DNA of 64,000 bases from Candidatus Bathyarchaeota archaeon (GCA_963832745.1 CAWHVC010000003.1:512001-576000), one strand, 5' to 3'; positions 9,826-19,946 are shown, counted from the first letter of the stretch. Notes: generated by a model not told the origin, from the sequence alone. Made by a program: numbers and translations.

Positions 9826-11358
9826 GTGCTGGTAGGAAGAATTAAAAACCCTGACAAGACCTTTCTAGTAGAGGTTTTTTTGTCACAAACAGTTTTTTCA
9901 CATACAGATGGATACCGAAAAGAGGTTTTGCTTGTTTTTCCTGGTAAATTTAAAGCATCTGACCCGCAAGTGCCGCTTTCAATTTTGCATATTGCAGCTG
10001 CTCTTAAGCAGGAAGGTTATACTGTTCGGGTTTTGGATATGCGACTTCAGAATTACCGTGGCTTTAACGTGGGTTCGCCTGTTTTTGTTGGAATAAGTTG
10101 TATGAGTGGCATGCAGGTTCGGTATGCTTTAGATTTTGCTCGGTTTGTTAGGCAACAAAATCCCCATTGTCCTATTGTTTGGGGCGGTATTCATCCAACG
10201 TTGTTACCTGAGCAGACAGCAAGCCATCCCCTTGTCGATGTAGTAGTTCGGGGTGAGGGCGAATTAATTATCAAAGATTTGGCACATAATCTTTTAGACA
10301 AAAAACCCTTAGACGACGTGGCTGGAATAACCTTCAAGTCCGACGACAAAATTCAAAGCAATCCTGACGGGCAAGTAATCAATTTAGATGACTTACCTAT
10401 AGCTTTACCTTGGGATCTACTTTTAACCGAAAAGTACCCGTCAATAAAATCTGGAAGAATTCACATTCAAACAAGTCGAGGTTGTCCCCATCGATGTGGC
10501 TTCTGCTATAATACACTTTTTAATAAGCAAAAATGGCGCGGCAAAACCCCTAAACGAGTACTAGACGAAATTGAATACCTTAATCAAAGGTTTCCGAACA
10601 CAAAAATTATTGACCCAATCGATGACAACTTTTTTGTTGATAAACGCCGGGTTGAAGCAATCTGTAACGGTATTTTGGGCAGGGACTTAAAAATTCAGTG
10701 GCGTGCTAACTGCCGTTTTGATTATCTTTCAGGTTATGATAGGGATTTTCTAAGTCTGCTTGAAAGATCAGGTTGTGTTGAGTTGGATTTTGGCGGCGAA
10801 TCAGGCTCTGATCGTCTTCAGAAGCTTATTTGTAAGGATGTCTCAGCTGAGCAGATGTTGTTGTCTGTTCAAAACTTGAAAGCTTGGGCGCCTACTATTG
10901 AACCATATGTTTCATGGATGAGTGGGTTGCCTGAAGAAAGTGATGATGACCTTTCGAAAACTTTTGATTTGATGGATAAAATGCAGGCTTTAAACCCAAA
11001 AGTGCAACATTACGGAATTTTTGTTTATACACCCTTTCCAAGTCCAATAATTGAAAAGTTACCCAAGGATTATAGGCCACCAAAAACCCTTGAAGAATGG
11101 AGCAATATAGCTGTATTTCATTTTGACCCACCTTGGCATAGCAAAAAACAGCTTTCAAAATTGCACACTATTTCGGCGGTCACACGAATTGCATTTTATC
11201 CAAAAGCTCGAATACAAGAACGTAGCTTAGCTTTCAGGGCAGCTTATGGATTAATAAACAGGATTGCCCGATATCGTTGGCGTCACAGAAACTTTAGCTA
11301 TCCACTGGAATTGACGATTGTGGATGCATTTTCAAGAAAATTTAAGGGATATATGTAG
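9826..11358 (+). CDS. B12-binding domain radical SAM protein
   Basis: Cobalamin-binding segment (GISCMSG, VWGGIHPT, RGEGE), SRGCPHRCGFC CxxxCxxC, DDNFF, GGESGS. True start may be the TTG at ~9880. Confidence 0.9.
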   Translation: MLVGRIKNPDKTFLVEVFLSQTVFSHTDGYRKEVLLVFPGKFKASDPQVPLSILHIAAALKQEGYTVRVLDMRLQNYRGFNVGSPVFVGISCMSGMQVRYALDFARFVRQQNPHCPIVWGGIHPTLLPEQTASHPLVDVVVRGEGELIIKDLAHNLLDKKPLDDVAGITFKSDDKIQSNPDGQVINLDDLPIALPWDLLLTEKYPSIKSGRIHIQTSRGCPHRCGFCYNTLFNKQKWRGKTPKRVLDEIEYLNQRFPNTKIIDPIDDNFFVDKRRVEAICNGILGRDLKIQWRANCRFDYLSGYDRDFLSLLERSGCVELDFGGESGSDRLQKLICKDVSAEQMLLSVQNLKAWAPTIEPYVSWMSGLPEESDDDLSKTFDLMDKMQALNPKVQHYGIFVYTPFPSPIIEKLPKDYRPPKTLEEWSNIAVFHFDPPWHSKKQLSKLHTISAVTRIAFYPKARIQERSLAFRAAYGLINRIARYRWRHRNFSYPLELTIVDAFSRKFKGYM

Positions 11359-11365
11359 TGGTGGT

Positions 11366-11797
11366 TTAGAGGCTGTAGTCTCTGCCTGCTGGTTTTGTGC
11401 TTGGTGGTTTTGCTCCGGCTTCAGGAATCTGCGGCAACGGAATCGGTGGCGGAATATTTAGTGTTCTTGAAATGAGCACTGATTCTATGAAGACAACGTT
11501 CGATATTGACTGAACAATTATTTGTGCGGGAGGTTTTTTCTGTTCAAAATCTTTGAGAACTTTGTCAACTTCGCTTTTTTCGCCATTCACGTAGGCGTTG
11601 CCTTTAATGGTTATCTGCGCAATCGATGGGTTATACGCTATTGAAAGCACGTAAGGGACTTCAAGAGTTTCGTCCTGCTTTTTCTCCATGCCTACAACGT
11701 TAATGTTTGTGTTGATTTGAATAGGTGGTATTGGCTTGCGAATGTCCCAGTAGCGTTCAGCTGAAATGGTTGAAATAACTACGTTTACTCGAAGCAT
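11366..11797 (-). CDS. conserved archaeal hypothetical protein, possibly SecB-like fold
   Basis: Four beta-strand segments, then helices, then NIPPPIPLP; co-oriented with rps27ae. Confidence 0.6.
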   Translation of the reverse strand: MLRVNVVISTISAERYWDIRKPIPPIQINTNINVVGMEKKQDETLEVPYVLSIAYNPSIAQITIKGNAYVNGEKSEVDKVLKDFEQKKPPAQIIVQSISNVVFIESVLISRTLNIPPPIPLPQIPEAGAKPPSTKPAGRDYSL

Positions 11798-11851
11798 GAT
11801 AAATCAAAAAAGAAATAGTGCAGTTGAAAGATTTAAAACTGCTTATCAAAA

Positions 11852-12088
11852 TTATTTCTGCTTGTAGCGTGTAAAGCCGCAGTGACCGCAAGTATATCTG
11901 TCATTGTGGTCTGCCATGAAGTATCCTGGACCGCAACGTTCACAGGTTGGACGTGCACGGCTAACTTTTTCGCCTTCAACCTTGTACATTGTGCTAACGC
12001 CAGTTGCTTTTTTCTTTCCTTTTTCTTTTGGTTTACTTTCAGTTTTTGCACCTTTTGCTGCTGGTGCGGCTGCTTCTGGTTTTGGCAT
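11852..12088 (-). CDS. rps27ae: 30S ribosomal protein S27ae
   Basis: CERCGPGYFMADHNDRYTCGHCGFT zinc ribbon. Confidence 0.95.
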   Translation of the reverse strand: MPKPEAAAPAAKGAKTESKPKEKGKKKATGVSTMYKVEGEKVSRARPTCERCGPGYFMADHNDRYTCGHCGFTRYKQK

Positions 12089-12396
12089 TATGCTTGCGCC
12101 TCTTCTTTAGGTTTTTCAGGATTGTTTCGTTTCCTGATGTATTCTGGCTCTACAACTTGAGCTTGCTCGACACTTTTATAAATGTTAGCAAAACCGTTAG
12201 TGATGCTTGTTCCAGTTAAAGTTTCCATATTTTTTATGTAAACAAGGGTTTCTTTAACTTGCATCTCGTTAGCTACTGCTCTTTTAGCATCAAGTCTTTG
12301 CGGGGTCTTCTCTTTTGGACCTTGCGTTATTGTGAAGCCTACTTCTTTGCGTTTGAGAAGCGGGTTGTCTTTAGTTGATACGATTTTAATCTCCAT
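12088..12396 (-). CDS. rps24e: 30S ribosomal protein S24e
   Basis: NPLLKRKEV, TPQR, EPEYIRKRN; canonical position. Confidence 0.93.
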   Translation of the reverse strand: MEIKIVSTKDNPLLKRKEVGFTITQGPKEKTPQRLDAKRAVANEMQVKETLVYIKNMETLTGTSITNGFANIYKSVEQAQVVEPEYIRKRNNPEKPKEEAQA

Positions 12397-12444
12397 GAAT
12401 ATTCACTTGATTCGAGTCTTGATTTCTTACAGGTTTCTTCTTAT

Positions 12445-12969
12445 TTAGCTTTTCGAACAATTTTCCATCGCTTTCAGGAATCCCGAGGCTTCTGACTTCT
12501 TTTCGGGCGAAACTTTAATCAAAACTATGCCTTCATACGGCTGTCCATACACCACGACCGCGTTTTCTGGCGCGTAAAGCACGGCAACAAGCGTTAACAG
12601 GTCTTCCTCGCCGTCAACAACTATGTGGATGTGTTCCCTGCTTTTCAGGGCTTCTTTGACTGCTTCAACAGCTTCCTTGGTGATGGTTCCCTGGGGATTC
12701 TTAACGCTGATTGCCTTTGAAGTGTACATCGTGGGCTGAAACTTTTTGCGCATACATTGATTATCAATAATTGCTACGTCAGGCGGAATTTTGTAGTCGT
12801 GCAAGTTTTTGGTTACAGTGTCGCCTACAGAAATAATTTTTGGTGGGTTCTGGGTTTTGATTTCACGCATTTTTGCCATGGTTTGGTCAAATGAACCTTT
12901 AACCAAAATGCCAAACGGTTTTTTGAGTTTAACTCTGAGTTCAGGAGTGATGGTGTAGATTACTGACAT
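12445..12969 (-). CDS. GTP-dependent dephospho-CoA kinase (DUF359)
   Basis: SVGDTVT, NPQGTIT, VDGEEDL, YGQPYEG; canonical neighbour of rps24e and spt4. Confidence 0.9.
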   Translation of the reverse strand: MSVIYTITPELRVKLKKPFGILVKGSFDQTMAKMREIKTQNPPKIISVGDTVTKNLHDYKIPPDVAIIDNQCMRKKFQPTMYTSKAISVKNPQGTITKEAVEAVKEALKSREHIHIVVDGEEDLLTLVAVLYAPENAVVVYGQPYEGIVLIKVSPEKKSEASGFLKAMENCSKS

Positions 12970-13041
12970 CTGCATGGTACCTGCTGACAACAATTACTAA
13001 AAAAACTGTTGAAGTAAAATAGTGAATAAAGTTGGTCCGGG

Positions 13042-13227
13042 TTAGCGGACTTTTAAGGCGTAACGGCCTTTATCTTTAACGCCCATGGCTTTTGCGATTG
13101 CCGAATTTTCAGGATCAAACAATACAACAAGGCCACCGAAATCTTCACTTAAACTGCTGCTTTTACATTTTGGGCAAGCATTTTCCTTAGTTAGAAAATG
13201 GCAGTTTGCGCATGCTTTTTCACTCAT
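13042..13227 (-). CDS. spt4: transcription elongation factor Spt4 (RpoE'')
   Basis: ACANC...CPKC, SAIAKAMG, GRYALKVR. Confidence 0.95.
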   Translation of the reverse strand: MSEKACANCHFLTKENACPKCKSSSLSEDFGGLVVLFDPENSAIAKAMGVKDKGRYALKVR

Positions 13228-13236
13228 TGCCTATTT

Positions 13237-13812
13237 TCACTCCTCTTTTTTCTCTTTAGCTTCTGGAGCTTTGCCTTGGTCCATTTGGAGCCATTCCAGT
13301 TTGCCAAGGAATGGTTGTCTTGCGGTTACACCGATTTTGCCTGAACTACCTGCTCTGCCCAGTGACACTGCGGTTATGCGAACGCGGACTTGGTCTCCAG
13401 TGGTCAGTTTGCGTTTTGACTCTTTGCCCAGCAGCACACCCTGTTTTTCATCGTATGAGATGAAGTCGTCCATTAGTTGAGAAACGTGTAGCAGTGCGTC
13501 GATTGGACCAATTCTGACGAATGCACCGAAATCAGCGATTTCAACAACGTCTCCTTCAACTACTTCTTGGATTACTGGGTAAAAGGTTAACAGTGAAAAG
13601 TTTACTTTGTGGAATGTTGCTCCGTCGCCTGGAATGATTTTGCCTATTGGGCTTACTTGGAGGCCTGTTACAGCTATAACATAGCCTAATTCTTCATCCA
13701 CAATTCCTTCATATTTCTGTTTTACCTGCTCTCGGCCTACCTTCTCAAGTGGTTTTCCGAAGGTCTCCGGCGGAATGCGGATAGTGTCTTGAAGAGTAAT
13801 TAGTTTGAACAT
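13237..13812 (-). CDS. rpo7: RNA polymerase subunit Rpo7 (E')
   Basis: IRIPP, PGDGAT, S1 domain FGAFVRIGPIDALLHVSQ, RQPFLGKLEW. Confidence 0.96.
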   Translation of the reverse strand: MFKLITLQDTIRIPPETFGKPLEKVGREQVKQKYEGIVDEELGYVIAVTGLQVSPIGKIIPGDGATFHKVNFSLLTFYPVIQEVVEGDVVEIADFGAFVRIGPIDALLHVSQLMDDFISYDEKQGVLLGKESKRKLTTGDQVRVRITAVSLGRAGSSGKIGVTARQPFLGKLEWLQMDQGKAPEAKEKKEE

Positions 13813-14232
13813 CTACGATATCAACCCGTCAATCTCTAGACGAGATTTTTGTCTCACATAAATCACTGGCAGACTTATATCTCTTAGCCTCTTTTTTAAT
13901 TGCCTGTCGTTGGTAAAAACCGGCGAATTCCAGTCTTGTGCCACTCTAACTATCGCATCGTCAGTTGTAAACTTATCTGAAACAGCAACCGGCACGTACT
14001 TGCATTTTTCTGCAAGTCTAAGCGCAAAATTTGCTTGCCTCCGTAGTTTTGAGGATTCTTTTTTTGCAAGCAATTCCAATTCAGCCTTAACTGGAGAAAG
14101 CAAAATAAATTCCACGTTACGGTTAAGCAGACGCCTTAATTCTTCAAAAACATCTATTTTCAACTCTAAGGGTGCAAACAAAGCGTTTGAATCCATAATT
14201 ACTTTTAAGGGTTGAGGTGATGTTTTTGACAT
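13813..14232 (-). CDS. PIN-domain protein (Fcf1/Utp24-like)
   Basis: VIMDSNAL, ELE, TDDAI, FTNDRQLK acidic PIN residues; canonical context upstream of rpo7. Confidence 0.88.
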   Translation of the reverse strand: MSKTSPQPLKVIMDSNALFAPLELKIDVFEELRRLLNRNVEFILLSPVKAELELLAKKESSKLRRQANFALRLAEKCKYVPVAVSDKFTTDDAIVRVAQDWNSPVFTNDRQLKKRLRDISLPVIYVRQKSRLEIDGLIS

Positions 14233-14330
14233 TTAAGCGCCTACTTAATTGTGTTTTTAATGTTTTTTTGTTTCTTTTCTATACTCTTAATTATGCCGTG
14301 ACTTTAAATACTTCTTAGCTAAAACTTGTT

Positions 14331-14792
14331 TTGTTGTTGGTGAAATTTGTGCTTGGCGAAAAATCTTGTGGTGCCGTAGTTTATCTACAAAAAGGTCCTG
14401 AAACTCTCTATTTGCTGCTTCATTACGAAGCTGGACACTGGGATTTTGTTAAGGGTAACGTGGAAGCAAACGAGACAGAAAAAGACACAGTTGTCCGCGA
14501 ACTTAGAGAAGAAACAGGAATAACTGACGCCCACTTCATAGACAATTTCAGAGAAGAAATAGAGTACTACTATCGCAGGCAAGGGGAAACCGTGCACAAA
14601 GAAGTTATATTTTACCTTATGGAAACAAACACTGAAACAATCACAATCTCTTTTGAACACATCGGTTCAATCTGGCTTAACTATAACCAAGCAATAGAAA
14701 AATTGACGTTTAAAAACGCAAAAGAACTGCTAAAGAAAGCAAACGATTTCTTAAACAAAAAAAATAAAAGCGGCTATTTTATTAAGCCGTAA
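14331..14792 (+). CDS. NUDIX hydrolase, Ap4A (bis(5'-nucleosyl)-tetraphosphatase) type
   Basis: SCGAVV, HWDFVKG, Nudix box GNVEANETEKDTVVRELREETG, SFEH. Confidence 0.88.
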   Translation: MLLVKFVLGEKSCGAVVYLQKGPETLYLLLHYEAGHWDFVKGNVEANETEKDTVVRELREETGITDAHFIDNFREEIEYYYRRQGETVHKEVIFYLMETNTETITISFEHIGSIWLNYNQAIEKLTFKNAKELLKKANDFLNKKNKSGYFIKP

Positions 14793-16036
14793 CCGATTAG
14801 ACGCCAACGCGCCGTAATCTTTCTGCTTATCGCAACACGGGCGCCTGGCAAGGCACAAATCGGTCTTGTCAACTTTACTTTTATCGTGTTTTGTTTAATC
14901 CCAATTACTTTGCCAACGTTTACTGCTGCGCCAACGTGAAGCAAAAGTTGCTCGTCAGGATTAATTTTTTCCACCTTAAGCTGATCTTTAGTTCCAACTA
15001 CACGTTCAAGAATGTATGTTTCCAAAGTTAATTCAGTTAAGGTCTCAGGTAGCATACCCGTTTTTCCAGCGATGCTTCCTGTTAAACCGTCAGCTTTCGA
15101 GTAAGACGGATCCAGTAGCGTGCCAACGCCGACTAGACCCCCGCAAGTTGCTTCTTTGACGTTTTGGTCGCCTGCATGTAGACTAACGATTTCGCTGATT
15201 AAGGGGTTGTAGATTGTTTTGCCTTCGCGTTCAACTGGTATGCCGGGACGGATTTCGATTTCTTCGCCTACTTTGAATTTGCCCTGTGCGATGGTTCCGC
15301 CAATGATGCCTCCGCCAAGTTCTTCGATGGTTGTGCCTGGCTTGTTTGTGTCAAAAGATCGAACAATAAACATTAAAGGTGGCAAGTCGGGGTCGCGTTT
15401 GGGTGTTGGAATAATTTCTTGAATTGCGTCAAGAAGTACGTCAATGTTAATGTTTCTTTGAGCTGAAAGCGGGATGATTGGGGCGTTTTCTGCTACGGTG
15501 CCTTTTACGAAGGCTTTGATTTCTTTATAGCTTTCCATGGCCCTTTTTTGGTCAACTATGTCAATTTTGTTTTGAACGATAATTATGTTTTTGATGCCGC
15601 TAACCTCGGCTGCTGCCAAGTGTTCACGTGTTTGTGGCTGTGGACAGGGTTCATCAGCGGCTATTACAAGTATTGCTCCATCCATAATGGCGGCGCCTGA
15701 AAGCATTGTTGCCATTAAGGCTTCGTGGCCTGGAGCGTCAACAAAACTTATTCCACGTACAAATTCTGCTTTGCTGTTGCAGTTTTCGCATTCGGGTTTT
15801 ATTGTGTAGTTTTTGGGTGGTGGACATTTTGGGCACTTGTAGATTGGCATGTCGGCATAGCCCAGTTTGATGGTGATGCCTCTTTTGAGTTCTTCACTGT
15901 GGCGTGATGCCCATGTACCTGTTAAGGCTTGGACAAGGGTTGTTTTTCCGTGGTCTACGTGACCAATTGTGCCAATGTTTACTTCTGGTTGACGCGGCAT
16001 GGGCGTGGATTTTCTTTCTTGAGTATTTTCAGCCAT
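14774..16036 (-). CDS. eif2g: translation initiation factor aIF2 gamma subunit
   Basis: GHVDHGKTT, RGITIKLGY, zinc knuckle, DAPGH, QNKID, WRLIGYG. Confidence 0.98.
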   Translation of the reverse strand: MAENTQERKSTPMPRQPEVNIGTIGHVDHGKTTLVQALTGTWASRHSEELKRGITIKLGYADMPIYKCPKCPPPKNYTIKPECENCNSKAEFVRGISFVDAPGHEALMATMLSGAAIMDGAILVIAADEPCPQPQTREHLAAAEVSGIKNIIIVQNKIDIVDQKRAMESYKEIKAFVKGTVAENAPIIPLSAQRNINIDVLLDAIQEIIPTPKRDPDLPPLMFIVRSFDTNKPGTTIEELGGGIIGGTIAQGKFKVGEEIEIRPGIPVEREGKTIYNPLISEIVSLHAGDQNVKEATCGGLVGVGTLLDPSYSKADGLTGSIAGKTGMLPETLTELTLETYILERVVGTKDQLKVEKINPDEQLLLHVGAAVNVGKVIGIKQNTIKVKLTRPICALPGARVAISRKITARWRLIGYGLIK

Positions 16037-16223
16037 TTACAAACGCCTTTAAGTTCTGGCTTGTCTTATTATTCAATGCTTAAATTTAACCTTTCTATGT
16101 CAACAAAAATTTTGGTAGGCAACAAACTTCAAAGTTTAGTGTCAATGGTTTATTTGCTTGGTTAAAACTGAAAAGGGAAACTCAGCCTATTACTGAATTG
16201 TTCGTTGAAAAGGTGAAAAAAGT

Positions 16224-16610
16224 TTATGCTTGAGCTGCAGGTTCAGCTTTTGCAGCTTTGGCAGGTTGTTCAACAATTTTTAGGTTTAATTGAACAATCT
16301 CGTCAGTGATTGTGTTTCCGCGAACAGTTTTGCGTCTTCTTTCTCCGTCTCTTTTGGGTTTGAATCCTGCACCCTCGCTTAAAACTACTTGGCGTCTAAT
16401 TCCTCCGTGAACGTCGCCCCTCATGGGTACGCCGTCTGTGTCAGAACCGCCTAAAATTTGAAGTTTGGTTGCTGGCATGTCTACTACTATGCCGTCGATG
16501 ATTTCGCCCAGTTTTCTTCCGATAAGTGGAGCTGCACGTGCTTCTTCGACTTCAACTACTTTGCTTTTTCCGTCTGTTGGATCAGATATGATTACCTTGA
16601 ATTTTGCCAT
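16224..16610 (-). CDS. rps6e: 30S ribosomal protein S6e
   Basis: GGSDTDGVPMR, GERRRKTVRGN. Confidence 0.96.
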   Translation of the reverse strand: MAKFKVIISDPTDGKSKVVEVEEARAAPLIGRKLGEIIDGIVVDMPATKLQILGGSDTDGVPMRGDVHGGIRRQVVLSEGAGFKPKRDGERRRKTVRGNTITDEIVQLNLKIVEQPAKAAKAEPAAQA

Positions 16611-17096
16611 TTGAAGATTAACTCTCCAGCGCAGTTTAAAATCGAATTACTCTCTATTAAGCATTTATATTTAAATCATAAATTGGATGCTAAGAAAACG
16701 TTCCCTCAACAAAAACCTTGTCCACATTATTGCAAAATACACTTCACTGAGTATGGCTGAGGTGTTTTTGGAAAAAGATGGTTTTTATTGAAATTGTGCT
16801 GTAACTTTTTTGCGGTAAAATCGTAAAGTTAACTCTAGTGGGGCTTGCTAAAAAACCGTTTTTGTATTAAAAAAACTGGAGTCTTTTGACGTGTTGTTTG
16901 GTTGCCGTTTTTTTGAAATACCCATAGTCAGGTTGAGTTTGTGCTTCTAGTTAACAAATCATTTTAAATTTGGTTGAATGGTGCACAGATACTCTGCGTA
17001 GTGTAAAAGGTTGTATTTGAAAAAGCGTGCTTGTATTTGCAAAATATTCATAAATTTTTTCGCCTAAAGCTTTTAATTTAACCCTGAAATGCATTT

Positions 17097-18344
17097 TTGG
17101 CTATGTGGCGACTTGGGTTCTTCTTTCACGAGATAGCCTTCGGCTTACTAAGCGTCTTCATACCACTCTACGTGGTTGCCTTTCAAGACGCAAGCATCCT
17201 AGGCGGACCTCTAGTCGCTTTAGGTATAATGTCATCTGTTGCCGTTTTCTGCTCAATTCCCGCCTCATTCCTTTGGGGCTGGCTCGCCGACAAAACAAGA
17301 CACTACAAATTCTTCATTTTACTTTCCTTTGCCTCATCAGCTATTTTACTGTTTATGATGACACTTTCTTTTGCCCAAAACGTCATAGTTTTTGTGGTTT
17401 TATACGTGATTATGCAGGTTCTTCATGCAGCACATGAAGCCCCAAAGAACGTGTTAATCGCTGAACATTACAGCCGTGACGAATGGGAGAAATCTTACGG
17501 TTACTATGAAGGTTCAACAGAGATTGGTTTCATAGTTGGTTTAGCCATCGGTTTCTGTTTGTCTGTAGGCTTATTTGCTTTTACAGCAAACCTTGACTCT
17601 GCAGTTTTGGCAACTTACACTTTATACTTATGTAGCGGCTTAAGCTTGGCTGCCTTCATACTTTCAGTAGTCTTAATTGCTGACCCATTGATGATTTTTG
17701 AACGCCGCCTAGTTGGAATAGAACGAAAAGTCGATTTCACATGTCGAGGTGTAGATTCAGCTTCAAGAGTCTTAGATGGCGCTCCTTGGGATGGTTCACC
17801 CAGACAGGACAGCTTCAAAGTGTTTGCTTTTGCTATCGTCCTGTTTTCTTTAGCTACAAGCATCTTTTTCACACCTTTACCCGTGTTCTTAAGTCAAGGT
17901 TTGAACCTGTCCGACAGCATGGTTTACGTTGGATACATTTTTACTTCGATTGGAGCCACAGCTGGCTACTTCTTTGTTAGTAAGCGAGCTCGATCTATGG
18001 ATGGCCGTAAACAAATGCCCCGTTTCGTCCTATACAGAAGCCTGCTAATCTTTGCATTAATCGGCGCCATACAGTTAGTTATCGCCCCAACATTGATTAC
18101 TTTCCTAGTTCTTGTTTTTCTAGGCTTCTCTTTTGCCGTGTATTACATTTTGATGATTTCTATTTCAATGGAGCTTATACCTGCAGGAAAAAGCGGCCTG
18201 TTTGACGGACTTGTAGGTTTAGGAACAGCTTTTGGCTCATTCCTTGGACCTTACTTGGCAAGCACTTACAATTACTTACCAACATATTTTATTGCCGCAT
18301 TGCTGTTCCTGTTTGCCTTTATGTCCGTAAAACTGGCAACTTAA
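17097..18344 (+). CDS. major facilitator superfamily transporter
   Basis: ~12 hydrophobic helices; motif A WGWLADKTRHYK. Confidence 0.85.
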   Translation: MAMWRLGFFFHEIAFGLLSVFIPLYVVAFQDASILGGPLVALGIMSSVAVFCSIPASFLWGWLADKTRHYKFFILLSFASSAILLFMMTLSFAQNVIVFVVLYVIMQVLHAAHEAPKNVLIAEHYSRDEWEKSYGYYEGSTEIGFIVGLAIGFCLSVGLFAFTANLDSAVLATYTLYLCSGLSLAAFILSVVLIADPLMIFERRLVGIERKVDFTCRGVDSASRVLDGAPWDGSPRQDSFKVFAFAIVLFSLATSIFFTPLPVFLSQGLNLSDSMVYVGYIFTSIGATAGYFFVSKRARSMDGRKQMPRFVLYRSLLIFALIGAIQLVIAPTLITFLVLVFLGFSFAVYYILMISISMELIPAGKSGLFDGLVGLGTAFGSFLGPYLASTYNYLPTYFIAALLFLFAFMSVKLAT

Positions 18345-18399
18345 TTGTTAAATTGAGTTTAAAGAAAAGAAGAAAGAGCCTTTTGGCTCAAAGTGTGGT

Positions 18400-19839
18400 T
18401 TATTCTGTGTGGACTCTGTATAAGTCTACGTCTTCGCGCATGCTTGGTGTCAGTTCAAGGAAGTCCCGTACTGACCGTTCAATGTCTTTTGATTGTGTAA
18501 CGTACCTACCGACGATAAGAATGTCTGCACCTTTATCCAGTGCTTCTTTGGCTGTTTCTGGAACAATTCCGCCTGCAACTGCAATTAGGAATTTCTTGTT
18601 AGGAAAAGCTTCACGTATCATTTTTATGCGTTCAAGTCCACTGCTTCTGCCTGTTTCTTGGTCGATGCCTCGGTGTAGGATGACGATGTCTGGGAAGTCT
18701 TTGATTGATTTTAGTTTTGCAAGAACATCTTCAACGTTGAGCATGTCGATGACTGCGTAGGTTCCTAAGCGTCTGGCTTCCTGTACGGTTGCGTCAAGGG
18801 TTTCTGCTGGTGCAAGGCCTGCTGCGACAACTGCGTCTGCTGTGTCTTCATAGGCAATGTCTACTTCAACTTTGCCTACGTCGAGTGTTTTGAGGTCTGC
18901 GATTATGAATTTGTCTTTGGCGATTTCGCGGATTTCGTTGATGACTCTTGTGCCGTAACGTTTGATAAGTGGTGTTCCGACTTCAAGAATGATTCTGTCG
19001 CTTCCTGGCAACTCGGAAATGACTTTCTTTGCTGCTTCTATATTGGGTGCGTCAAGTGCAATTTGTAGGTATGGTGGTCTCCATAGGCGTGGAACTTTAA
19101 AGCCCATAATTGGATGCTTTGCGCGGTCTTTATCATAGTTAATTTTTTCTAATGATGGATACTTCTTGAGTGCACGTTGAAGCGCCATTTTTGTTGCGCC
19201 GTAATTGTACTGGTAGATTTTGCGGTAATCGGTTGCTTTTGGATGAATAAAGACGCTTGCGATGATTACCCACTCATCAAGTTTCGATAGAGGGATTATG
19301 CCTTCTTCTGCGGCGTCTGCAACGGCTTTGGCTACTGCAGCTTGTGCTGGACCAAAGATTTTGCCTGTGTCTTCCATGTTTTTAACTGTGACTTTTGGAA
19401 CGATTAGTGTGTGTGGTTTAGGTGGTAGGTTGGGGCGGATAACTGCGAGCAGTGGTGTGTGGCCTGCTGATAAGCTTGCCATTCCGGTTGCGAAGGCTTG
19501 ACCGACTGGTCCGCTTTTATCGCCAATCATGAGGTCAACATGTGCAACTTCGTTTCCTTCTCCTAACAGTGATTCACCGATTAAGTAGGTGGGGCCTGAA
19601 AATTCTTCGTCTTTATTATTTTGGGTCGGCATACAGTCTATAATCTCCTTGAAATCGACATTAAATTCTTTTAGCCAAGAATAAAGGGTGTCTCTATGAA
19701 TGTCCATTTCCTTGGCGGTTCCGATTATTGTCGGTTTTGTCGGTTTATTTTTGGTTCCGGTTTCTCGTTGGGCTGCTTGAAGAACTACTTTGATAAATTC
19801 TTCCTTTGTGGATGGCTTTTTAACATCTATTCCCGACAT
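18400..19839 (-). CDS. fae-hps: bifunctional formaldehyde-activating enzyme / 3-hexulose-6-phosphate synthase with extra N-terminal HTH
   Basis: Fae motifs (GESLLGEGNEVAHVDL, GHTPLLAV, FGPAQAAVAKAVAD, YNYGATK); HPS motifs (LQIALD, EVGTPLIK, ADLKTLD, LHRGID, AVAGG, VGR); N-terminal IIGTAKEMDIHRDTLYSWLK. Start placed at MSGID. Confidence 0.92.
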   Translation of the reverse strand: MSGIDVKKPSTKEEFIKVVLQAAQRETGTKNKPTKPTIIGTAKEMDIHRDTLYSWLKEFNVDFKEIIDCMPTQNNKDEEFSGPTYLIGESLLGEGNEVAHVDLMIGDKSGPVGQAFATGMASLSAGHTPLLAVIRPNLPPKPHTLIVPKVTVKNMEDTGKIFGPAQAAVAKAVADAAEEGIIPLSKLDEWVIIASVFIHPKATDYRKIYQYNYGATKMALQRALKKYPSLEKINYDKDRAKHPIMGFKVPRLWRPPYLQIALDAPNIEAAKKVISELPGSDRIILEVGTPLIKRYGTRVINEIREIAKDKFIIADLKTLDVGKVEVDIAYEDTADAVVAAGLAPAETLDATVQEARRLGTYAVIDMLNVEDVLAKLKSIKDFPDIVILHRGIDQETGRSSGLERIKMIREAFPNKKFLIAVAGGIVPETAKEALDKGADILIVGRYVTQSKDIERSVRDFLELTPSMREDVDLYRVHTE

Positions 19840-19946
19840 TAATTTACCTTCTTCGGCACTTGTATTTAACCGAATATTTAAGATTGTCGGACAGACAGAC
19901 CATTTATTGCCTATTTGCACTCGGTTTATGTGTCGGTTTGTCGGTT
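19729..19946. promoter_or_regulatory. cluster of six TGTCGG boxes around the fae-hps promoter and start
   Basis: TGTCGG at 19729, 19738, 19885, 19931 and 19939, plus an inverted copy (CCGACA) at 19833; TATA-like TTAAATAT (minus) at 19874-19881. Confidence 0.65.

Noticed and set aside
16734-16770. Imperfect hairpin ACACTTCA...TGAGGTGT in the rps6e-MFS intergenic region
   Set aside because: Single weak stem with no second copy or functional context
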